Shown here: in pieces, positions 11,039 to 20,170 of the stretch
Numbering within the stretch: the stretch's first letter is position 1
Layout of the letters: each line of letters opens with the position of its first letter
Source: an uncultured Chloroflexia bacterium
Lineage (GTDB): Bacteria; Chloroflexota; Dehalococcoidia; Dehalococcoidales; UBA2162
Reading direction: 5' to 3'
NCBI GenBank assembly: GCA_963735055.1
Contig: CAVTJN010000022.1
Location: 2,703 to 66,702 of the forward strand
DNA: 64,000 bases
Program-made: the position numbers and the translations under genes
The notes under the pieces: model-generated
Database searches by the model: none
What the model saw: only the letters and a program-made list of their open reading frames with translations
What the model was told of the DNA's origin: nothing

Positions 11039-12466
11039 CTATTCTACTGGTTCGCCTCCTTGGTCGCGGGATTTGGGAGTCTTGCTCGTATTCTTGGTCA
11101 CGATTCTCGACCCCAGTACAACTACACCAAGCGTTTGGGCAACAAGAAAGGCTATTCCAGCGCCTAGTATGCCAACTGACTGCAGAAGGAAGTAGCTGAG
11201 CATAATGGTGCATGTTGCCACGAACGCGGTCATCGCGATAGCACCTGTTGTCTTCATTTGCACCCTCTTCGACGCGATATATATGCTGTTGATGGCAGCG
11301 GGTATCGATGATAATGCCAGCAGCCGGAGAAGTTGTGCCGCGTTGGTGGAGTACTCTTTGCCGAACAGAAACAACAGCTTGTCAGCCAATAGCAAAACTG
11401 CGAGCACTGCTCCAGAGATGATGAAGGCAAGGAGCTTGAAACTAATCCTGATTCCGTGCGCCAACCTCTCTTGGTCGTAGGATCCTTCGGCTAGCAGCGA
11501 AGTTGATACCGCGGTTGGTATCAAGAGCAGGACTATCTCGATAGACCAGGCTATATAGAAATAGGCATTAGCCTCCGCGCCTAGGAGATTGATTACGAGG
11601 ATTGGCAGAACTAAGCTGGGCAGGTACCAGAAGACATTGACTACGTAGTTGGCAAGGGAAAAACCGACCATTTTGCGCAGTGTATCAAGTCGAATAGTGA
11701 ATGTCGGTCTGTACCCGGGATGGACGCGCGGCATGAACACGAAAATGCCAATACAAAACGTAAGAATGAGAGCCAATACCCACGAGGTGAACACACCTGA
11801 CGACGACAAGAACGCGGTCAATGCTGCCAGCGGCAGGAATCTGGAGAACCCAAAGATCAACCCCGAATGGAGGGCAAAATTGGCCCGGCGGCTGGCGACG
11901 AAAACCTGCTGGGTCAATGTGCTCATGTTGAGGGCCGGGACGGAAATGACAAAGACGGCGAATAGGAAATAGTCCTTCTGAAGTGAGACCAGCGCAGGCG
12001 ACCACAGCTTGATGCCCAATAGGAAAATGAGAGAACAGGCTGCAGACAACAAACCCTCTATCGTCAAGCAGGAATTGATGGTGTCTCTGGCTGCTTCTCC
12101 AGCTTCGGGCAAAAACCGCACAATGGCCACATCCAGTCCCAAGGTTGTGAGAAGAGCCAACAGCGTCATCGCGGAAACGGCCGCTGCCGCCTCTCCGAGA
12201 CTCTGGGCAGGATATAACCTGGCGGCCACAATCCAGAACAGAAACCCAGTGCCTGCCATGGCAAGGTTAGCGAGCATGATGTAGACCGCATTGCGGTAGA
12301 GCAGCGAGCGGAGGACTATGCTCAACCCCGCTCTCCGCGGTGAGTCCGGGGAAATGCCTTTCCGTGTGTCCTTCACTCCACGCATTGCCTCAGTGTATCT
12401 GACGGGTCTTGACTCTGACAAATGCCGTCGAGCGACAAATGTGGTGGCAGGTAGCGATCCGCGCAC
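11039..12466 (-). CDS. oligo/polysaccharide flippase (Wzx-like, MOP superfamily)
   Basis: Intact 475-aa protein with about 12-14 predicted TM helices and the usual Wzx-like layout (LANLAMAGTGFLFWIVAARLY...). It is convergent with the glycan cluster. Confidence 0.75.
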   Translation of the reverse strand: MRGSLPATTFVARRHLSESRPVRYTEAMRGVKDTRKGISPDSPRRAGLSIVLRSLLYRNAVYIMLANLAMAGTGFLFWIVAARLYPAQSLGEAAAAVSAMTLLALLTTLGLDVAIVRFLPEAGEAARDTINSCLTIEGLLSAACSLIFLLGIKLWSPALVSLQKDYFLFAVFVISVPALNMSTLTQQVFVASRRANFALHSGLIFGFSRFLPLAALTAFLSSSGVFTSWVLALILTFCIGIFVFMPRVHPGYRPTFTIRLDTLRKMVGFSLANYVVNVFWYLPSLVLPILVINLLGAEANAYFYIAWSIEIVLLLIPTAVSTSLLAEGSYDQERLAHGIRISFKLLAFIISGAVLAVLLLADKLLFLFGKEYSTNAAQLLRLLALSSIPAAINSIYIASKRVQMKTTGAIAMTAFVATCTIMLSYFLLQSVGILGAGIAFLVAQTLGVVVLGSRIVTKNTSKTPKSRDQGGEPVE

Positions 12467-12602
12467 AGGCTACCATCTTCCTGGTTGCAGCCACGCTGGT
12501 GCCTCGGCGCTGTCGTGCGTTTCGTTTACTAGGATGTTTCGGCTCGGCAGGACGAGAGAATCCCTAGCTCATCGTATGCTAGTACAACCATTCAGGTTGT
12601 GG

Positions 12603-15202
12603 CTACTTGATCGGGACAACACCGGCCCAGCCAAGCTGTTGCTGGACGTAGAGGCCGTCACTGGATTGCTTGACGACCCAGAAACCGGTGGAAGGAGCGT
12701 AGACGACGAAGTCGGTCTTACCGTCACCGTCGTAGTCTCCGGGTAAAGCGACAACACCGGCCCAGCCAAGCTGTTGCTGGACGTAGAGGCCGTCACTGGA
12801 TTGTTTGACGACCCAGAAGCCACTGGTGGGGTCGTACACGGCGAAGTCGGCCTTGCCGTCACCATCGTAGTCTCCAGGTACAGTGGCAACACCGGCCCAG
12901 CCAAGCTGTTGCTGGACGTAGAGGCCGTCACTGGATTGCTTGACGACCCAGAAACCGGTGGAAGGAGCGTAGACGACGAAGTCGGTCTTACCGTCACCGT
13001 CGTAGTCTCCAGGTTCAGCGACAACACCGGCCCAGCCAAGCTGTTGCTGGACGTAGAGGCCGTCACTGGATTGTTTGACGACCCAGAAGCCACTGGTGGG
13101 GTCGTACACGGCGAAGTCGGCCTTGCCGTCACCATCGTAGTCTCCAGGTACAGTGGCAACACCGGCCCAGCCAAGCTGTTGCTGGACGTAGAGGCCGTCA
13201 CTGGATTGTTTGACGACCCAGAAGCCACTGGTGGGGTCGTACACGGCGAAGTCGGCCTTGCCGTCACCGTCGTAGTCTCCAGGTTCAGTGACAACACCGG
13301 CCCAGCCAAGCTGTTGCTGGACGTAGACGCCATCGCTGGACTGTTTGACGACCCAGAAGCCAGTGGAAGGAGCGTATACGGCGAAGTCCGCCTTGCCATC
13401 TCCTTCGAAGTCGGTTGTTGTCGCCAGGTTGAGAATGGAGCTGGTGGCCGAGGCAAGGCCAGCCCCGGTCGCTATCAGCATATAGCCTGCACCGGGCTTG
13501 TCGATGCTGAGTCCCCGAAAGGCCGCCATTCCACTAAGCGCCTGGACAGTGGCGTTGCCGGAAAGCACCGCACCAATCGTGCCGGTACCCGGGGCTATGC
13601 TTAGCGTTATGTTAGCGCTCGAAGGGGTCGCGGTATTGCCAAGACTATCCTGCACGGTCACCACCGGCTGGGCCGAAAATGCAGCACCAGGGGTGTTGCT
13701 CCTACTTGGCTGGGCTGTAAACGCGAGCTGTGCGGGCGGTCCAGCGGGAACGTCGAACGCGATGCTAGAACTTGAGACCAGTCCCGGACTGGCGGCGGTC
13801 AGTGTATATCCGTTGCCAGCCTTGTCAATACTTAGCTCGCTGAAAGTCGCCACGCCGTTCACCCCGCTCACCGTCGTATTGCCTGACAACGCAGCCCCGG
13901 CCGTACCTGTAGCCGTAGTAATCGCTACGGTGACGGTGGCGTTCGACGTGGTGACAGTATTACCGCTGGCGTCCTGGACCGCGCACACTGGCTGAGCTGC
14001 AAAAGCAACGCCGGCCGTGTTGTTGGCGCTCGGTTGCGCGGTGAAAACAAGCTTCGCGGCGGTACCCGGTACAAGGTTGTTTGCCTTTGGGCTGCCTAAC
14101 CCCGTCACAGATCGTAGCCGGCGCCAGCAGGCAAACCGTTGCTGCCCGTCGTGATGTCATGATAGTTCCGTGCATACGCTTGGCTAGACGAGGCTTTTGA
14201 ATAGACCGACGACACGCCGCTCTGGCCGTCGAGGGCAAAAAGCCCCGCCCAGCAAGGCGCGGAAAGGCTGGTGCCTCCAGTCTGCTACCCAGTTTGGCGA
14301 CCACTCGCTACAGTAGACCGCGACTCCGGTACTCGGATTGGCGTCGAATGCTACGTCCGGCACGCCCCGGTTGCCCGCCGTCTGAAATCCGGCCTGATAG
14401 TCGGGTCTGGTCACGTAGGCGCTCGTACCGCCGCCCGAGCCTGACCAGGCCGACTCACTAACATAGGTACCGTCGGAAGTTACGTTCAAAGTCGTACCGC
14501 CAACCCCGGTCACATAGGCCGATACCGCAGGCCACATGACGCCGGCGCCGTAGTCACCCGACGCGGCCACGTAGGTGACACCAGGGTGGTTGAAGTACGA
14601 ATCGGTGTCAATGGCCTCGGTAGGCCACTCGGCGCCCCCCCACTCATGGAAACCACATCGGCTCCATTTGCGGTCGCGTAGTCAACGGCCGCAAGCATGT
14701 CGGTGCCGGAGTTGCTCAGAGCGGCGACCAATAGGATATTCGCCGCTGGGGCAATGGCATGTGCCCACTCGACGTCCAGGGCGGTCTCGAGGGCCCACCC
14801 GTTACTAATTGGCGGAACGCCGCCGGGGTAGACAACCGTCAAATTCGCTGACGCCAAGCCGAATTGGGCATTGAAGATCGCCAAGTCCTCCGCCATGTTC
14901 GGGTTTCCGAACGCGACGACGATGGCGATGGTCTTGCCCTCCCCGTTGCTGCCCAGCAAGTCGATGCCGTAGGCTTTCCGTATTTGGGCCGGATGGAGCC
15001 CTGAGATCACAAACGGCGCCAAACCGGCGGGAGGGGTTAGGACAACTATGGGGTTGTGAGCCGTCCACTCGGGAGGAGGGCCCGGCGGAGCGAGCGGTGC
15101 GCCAAGTGACATGGAGGGCACAAACAAGGCTGCAAGAACAGCAAGCACCCCGATGCATTGCACTACCATGGAGAATTCATTGCGAAAGGGTCTAGAGATC
15201 AT
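12603..15202 (-). pseudogene. secreted sedolisin-like (S8/S53 superfamily) peptidase fused to Ig-like domains and a six-repeat FG-GAP/VCBS module; about 3 frameshifts
   Basis: The N-terminus has a signal peptide. IRKAYGIDLL...GKTIAIVVAFG, SMS(W)GGAEW, AASGDYGAG, GGTSLSAP (catalytic Ser motif) and GYDLVTGLGSP are recovered once fragments 14510-15202, 14184-14570 and 12603-14108 are joined. The lesions lie at the 7-nt homopolymer run (14635-14641), near 14275 and near 14108. Confidence 0.7.
12606..13418 (-). repeat. six tandem ~135-bp coding repeats (45-aa FG-GAP/VCBS-like units)
   Basis: The unit is DYDGDGKADFAVYDPTSGFWVVKQSSDGLYVQQQLGWAGVATVPG. Two alternating subtypes give a 270-bp super-period, and the copies are nearly identical at the DNA level. 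Confidence 0.9.
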
Positions 15203-15690
15203 TGAACCCGGGCTTCTCCGCGGCGCTTATCCCCGTTTTCGGATGGGCTACTCGAAATCGTCCAACTGGGCGACTGGCAGCAGCTCTGGCGGTAAACAAT
15301 ATTGCAGACAGTCCAATGCAAACGCAGACAACTCCACAACTATCTCTAGCTATCTTTGCTGGCCTGACATAGCCCAGTTTCCACTATATTCTATCATGCG
15401 ACGTGACAAGCTTGAAATCGGAGTCGGCTAGCTACATCTCTCCTTATTATGTCATGAGGCTCGTCAACCGAATGGGCCCCGCCCGTCAGCGCCTTACCGG
15501 GCATGCCATGGACATTACAAGTCCGGATATGGTTCTTGAATCGTGATGGTCTCGTCGTACTAGCTTATGTGTTGATTTCATCGCTCACGATTGCCAGTAA
15601 ACTCGAACTGCGGACGCACGAACTAGTCGCTCTCGGGCCTTCGGCGTTGTGCCTCTGAGACATCACAGCGCGACCTCTTCCTTGTGAAAT

Positions 15691-15725
15691 GAGCTAGGGG
15701 CGGGCGGTCGGCCCGTCCCTAGCTC
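15691..15725 (-). terminator. stem-loop about 33 nt downstream of the oxidase stop codon (terminator candidate)
   Basis: GAGCTAGGG / CCCTAGCTC outer stem with an inner CGGGC / GCCCG stem. The U-tract on the minus strand is weak (ATTTCAC). Confidence 0.35.
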
Positions 15726-15760
15726 ATCGTATGCTAGTACAACCATTCAGGTTGTGGCTA

Positions 15761-16576
15761 CTTGATCGGGACAACACCGGCCCAGCCAAGCTGTTGCTGG
15801 ACGTAGAGGCCGTCACTGGATTGCTTGACGACCCAGAAACCGGTGGAAGAAGCGTAGACGACGAAGTCGGTCTTACCGTCACCGTCGTAGTCTCCGGGTA
15901 AAGCGACAACACCGGCCCAGCCAAGCTGTTGCTGGACGTAGAGGCCGTCACTGGATTGTTTGACGACCCAGAAGCCACTGGTGGGGTCGTACACGGCGAA
16001 GTCGGCCTTGCCGTCACCATCGTAGTCTCCAGGTACAGTGGCAACACCGGCCCAGCCAAGCTGTTGCTGGACGTAGAGGCCGTCACTGGATTGCTTGACG
16101 ACCCAGAAACCGGTGGAAGGAGCGTAGACGACGAAGTCGGTCTTACCGTCACCGTCGTAGTCTCCGGGTAAAGCGACAACACCGGCCCAGCCAAGCTGTT
16201 GCTGGACGTAGAGGCCGTCACTGGATTGTTTGACGACCCAGAAGCCACTGGTGGGGTCGTACACGGCGAAGTCGGCCTTGCCGTCACCATCGTAGTCTCC
16301 AGGTACAGTGGCAACACCGGCCCAGCCAAGCTGTTGCTGGACGTAGAGGCCGTCACTGGATTGTTTGACGACCCAGAAACCAGTGGTGGAGTCGTACACG
16401 ACGAAGTCGGCCTTGCCATCTCCGTCGAAATCTCCACCTGTGACATTGGCGGTTGCCCAGCCAAGCTGTTGCTGGACGTAGAGGCCATCGCTGGACTGTT
16501 TGACGACCCAGAAGCCAGTGGAAGGATCGTATACGGCGAAGTCCGTCTTCCCGTCCCCATCGAAGTCCGCTACCGT
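15761..16576 (-). repeat. six tandem ~135-bp coding repeats, paralogous to 12606-13418
   Basis: Same 45-aa unit. The last ~4 units and 42 nt of 3' flank match the copy at 12561-13150 almost base for base; I saw one mismatch in the first ~200 nt. Confidence 0.9.
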
Positions 16577-18044
16577 GCCTCCGAGGGTTCTGAACGTGAA
16601 CGGCGTTGACCAGGCGGAAGGTCCGACGCCGTTGACGGCGTTGACCTGCCAGCTATAGGTGGTGCCGCGTGCCAGTGTGCTGGCCGGGATGGTGTACGTT
16701 GCGACAGCGATGCCGGTGAGGTTGATGATGGGTAACGCAGCGCCGCTGGCCGTTACCTGCAGCCCGTAGGAGGTCGCCCCGCTTACGGCGCCCCAGGTGA
16801 GGACGATGTTGGCCGAAGCATTTGCAGAACTGCCGCTGGCCGGGGACACCAGTATCGGAGCGCTTGGTGCAACCGGCGCGGTAACTGTCAAGGCACGGGC
16901 CGCCGAGAAAGCTGATGTGCCGCGCTCATTGGTGGCGCTTACCTGCCAGGTGTAGGCGCCTGCAGCTAGTAGCTGACTCGGTAGATTGATATTGGATGCG
17001 ATCAGGCCCGGCATATTGACTGTCACGGTGGCGCCGGAGAGTACCTGCAGTGTGTAGGAAGTGGCGCCCGCCACGGCGCCCCAGGTGAACGGAGTGGGCA
17101 AGGTGTTGCTCACGGTGGCGCCGGCGGTGGGTGAGGCAGCAGCCGGCACAGCGGGAAGGCCAGGAACCAGTGAACCCGCAACTGAGACATTGTTGGAGGT
17201 GGAACTGCCCGTATTGTTGAAGGCCGTCACTGCATAGTGGTAGCTTGCTCCGCCTGTGACGGTGCCATCGATGAAGCTCGTTGCGTTTGCCGGCACCGTG
17301 GCGATGACGGAAAAAGTCCCGCCTGTAAGACCATCGGCGCGCTGGATCCGGAAGCCGACCTCGTTGCTCGGGTTGCCCAGGTTAGCCGAGGTTGCCGGGG
17401 TCGGATCCGTCCAGGTAGACCTGGTTGCCTCCAGCAGTCGTCACGGCTACGCCGGTTGGCGCCGCGGGCGCTGTGCTCGGGGTCATGAATACCATCGGGC
17501 GCATCATGTCGTTCTCTTCATGGCTCAGGATATGGCAGTGCCAGACGTACTCCTAGCCGAAGTTGGTCAGCTGGTTGGTGATCGAGGTAAGCGCGCCGCC
17601 AGGGAGTAAGGTTGGTGAAGACTCATGGTGGAGCCGATCGGCTCTGCCGGCGAGAGCGGACGGATGCTGTCGGGCAGGCCGAAGGGTAGCTTGGGAGCGA
17701 CGGGCCGCGCCGCCACAACCAGGACTTCGAACGGGTTAATCCTGACCGTTTCTCTCCAGCCCAGTTCATTGGGATCGGGCGGTCTGATGACGCCGTCGAT
17801 GCCGATGCGGTTGATTACCTGGAGGTCAAACAGGTGCCAGTGGAGCGGATGCGAATCGACATTCATGAGGGCGCCTATGCTCCAGATTTGGGTGCCGTCA
17901 CCGGCCACCGGGAGTCCGACCGTGAGTGAGTCCTGCCAGATCTCGGTGACCGGGTCGACATAGAAGAAAGGGGTCAGGTTCGTTCCCTGCTTGACCGACA
18001 GCCTGCCGTAGTACCGCTCAAAGGCCCCGTGATTACCTTTACGT

Positions 18045-19048
18045 TGAGGGTGTAGTTGAGAGTGTTGGTCAAGGTGGCATAAGCGGCAGCCGTATTCGTC
18101 GCGCCGCCGCCCACAAAGGTGACCTGCGGGGCGGTGGTGTAACCGGTGCCGGGCGAGGTAACGGTGATGTCGCCGAGCAGGCCGGTGGTCAAGGTATTAT
18201 TGATAGCCACGGCTGTGGCGCCGGTACCGGTAGTATCTCCAACAGCGTCGGTGAATGTTACCGTAGGCGGGGTGATGTAGCCAGAACCGGCATTGGTGAC
18301 GTTGATACCGCCGACACCCAGCATGGCGGTAGCGGTAGCCTGTACCGCGCCGGCGCCGCCGCCGGAGAAGGTGATGGTGGGAGGCGTCGTGTAGCCGCCG
18401 CCGGGGTTAACGATCGTAACGCCGGCGACGGAATTGCCTCGCCGGTTGGTCGGGAATCGGGTTGAGTGCCATGACTGGCGCGAGGACAGCTCCCGAGCCG
18501 CCGCCGCCGGTCACGGTAATGGTGGGCGGTTGCGTGAGATTAGTGTAGCTTCCGGGGGTTACCAGGGTAACCGCGCCGATGCCCAGGTACGACGTAGCCG
18601 TAGCTGTACTGCCCCCGGCGGGCGGGGCGGAAAGGGTTACGGTCGGGGGCGCGTTGTAGGTCAGCCGGGGGCGGTAACGGTGAAGGCCGTGCCTATCAGG
18701 GCACTGCCTGTGCCAGTGTGCCGCCGCTTGATTCGGAGCTGAAATGGTCACGTCAGGGGGATAAGTATAGCCGGAACCGCCAGTGATTACGTCGATTCGG
18801 ACGACGGCACCGACCTGGGCTACTGCCCGGGCGGTAGCACCGGAGCCGCCGCCGCCGCTGATGGTGACGGTGGGGGTAGAGGTATAGCCGGTGCCGGCGT
18901 TGGCAACAAGAATCCCGGTGACCGATCCCTGCGGGGCCATGTTGACCGAAGCTGTAGCCCCCGATCCACCGCCGCCGGAAAGAAGGACCGAGGGTACCGA
19001 GGTATAGTAGCCGTTGCCCTTGGCAGTGACGACGACGGAGGCGACACC
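18045..19048 (-). repeat. block 2 of degenerate ~45-aa Gly-rich modules inside the oxidase
   Basis: Recurring pattern (A/T)GSGYT(S/T)xP(T/S)VT(I/L/F)SGGGG(S/T)GA(T/S)A. About 6-7 imperfect copies. Confidence 0.7.
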
Positions 19049-19730
19049 CTGGGGAGAAGCCGCCGGAGAGAAGTCGGTGTCCACTAATCTCACGTAGTCG
19101 TCCGGATAGCTGGTGCCGAAGGCCGCGTTGTAGGCAGACTGGGGCACGATCGGTGGAGGTTGGGTAGCCCTGTACGCTGCCGGTAGTCCGGTGTTCAGCG
19201 GGGCGCTGTTGAAGGGGACCGGGGTGGCCACAGCAACACGTATCTGCATGATGGTGCGAGTGTTCGGTCCGTAGCCCGCCAGCGTGGTTGGCGCTCCGCC
19301 CACTATGCTCTGGTCCGGGTCCCCGGTGTAGTAATCGTTGCGCACATCAAACAGGGGTACCGGGGCCGGTGCGTCACTGTACAGGATGAGGGTCTTGCCG
19401 GCATAGGCGGAGAAGTCCACGATGACATCCGCCCGTTCCGCCGGCGCGAGGAACAGGGATTTCTTGGTGACGTTGTTCCAGGTGGCATTCTTGTTGTTAT
19501 GCTGATATCCTATCGGGCTCGGCGGTATTACGGCGGGTTGAGGTAGAAAGCCGCCTTCATTGCCGATGAGGATCCAGCTCGGGCCCATGTAAGCTCGGGT
19601 CGGGAACGCCGCCGAGCTCGTCCGTCCAGGATATCAGATACCTGATTCTGCCCGTCGGTGGCCAGCACCCAGTCCACAGGGAAAGGATATGCCGGATTGA
19701 CCACCGCCGGCACCATGGCGACATCACTCA

Positions 19731-20170
19731 GGACGCTGCCGATAGCCGCCGCGCCGGTGCCGCCGCCGCCCGAAATGGTGATGGTCGGGTTGACGATCGG
19801 GCCGGATGAGGCCGTGCCGGGGGTGGTGACCGAGATGCCGACCACGCCCAGCAGTGCCGTTGCCGATGCCCCCGTTCCGCCGCCGCCGCTAAGGGTTACG
19901 GTTGGAACCGAGGTAAAGCCGGTACCTTGCGTCATTACCAGTATGCTGGAAACGCTGGTCCCGGTCAGTATCGCCGCGCCGGAAGCACCGATGCCGCCGC
20001 CACCAGTTATGGTGACGGAGGGGGCGGAGGTGTAGCCGGTACCGCCGACAACGTTGAAGCTGACGACGCCGAGCGATGCGGTAGCAGCGGCGCCGGTGAC
20101 GCTGCCGCCGCTGATGCCGACGGTTGGCACTGACGTATAGCCGCTGCCGGAGGCGGTAACGCCGATGGTC
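19731..20170 (-). repeat. block 1 of the same Gly-rich modules inside the oxidase
   Basis: GSGYTSVPTVGISGGSVTGAAA, GTGYTSAPSVTITGGGGIGAS, GTGFTSVPTVTLSGGGGTGAS, PIVNPTITISGGGGTGAA. They are inserted just after the YRFRILSAGDDR strand of the cupredoxin core. Confidence 0.7.

Noticed and set aside
12606-13418. The regular tandem repeats could be a CRISPR array or the variable region of a diversity-generating retroelement.
   Set aside because: The units are contiguous with no unique spacers, and they encode a coherent 45-aa protein repeat. No cas genes, reverse transcriptase or template repeat are present in the window.
12569-13604. Long ORFs overlapping the tandem repeats in other frames or on the other strand (12569-13456 minus, 12774-13604 plus). 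The same pattern recurs at 15724-16560, 15929-16171 and 16199-16609.
   Set aside because: They are low-complexity S/T/P/G-rich translations that exist only because a 135-bp repeat lacking stop codons is reiterated. The FG-GAP/VCBS frame is the one with recognisable motifs and continuity with the upstream catalytic domains.
17553-17555. The in-frame TAG could signal recoding (pyrrolysine or an alternative genetic code).
   Set aside because: It is a single occurrence at a position where Trp (TGG) is expected. TAG is used as an ordinary stop by many genes in the window (rplT, thrS and others), and no pyl genes are seen. A point mutation is the simplest reading.
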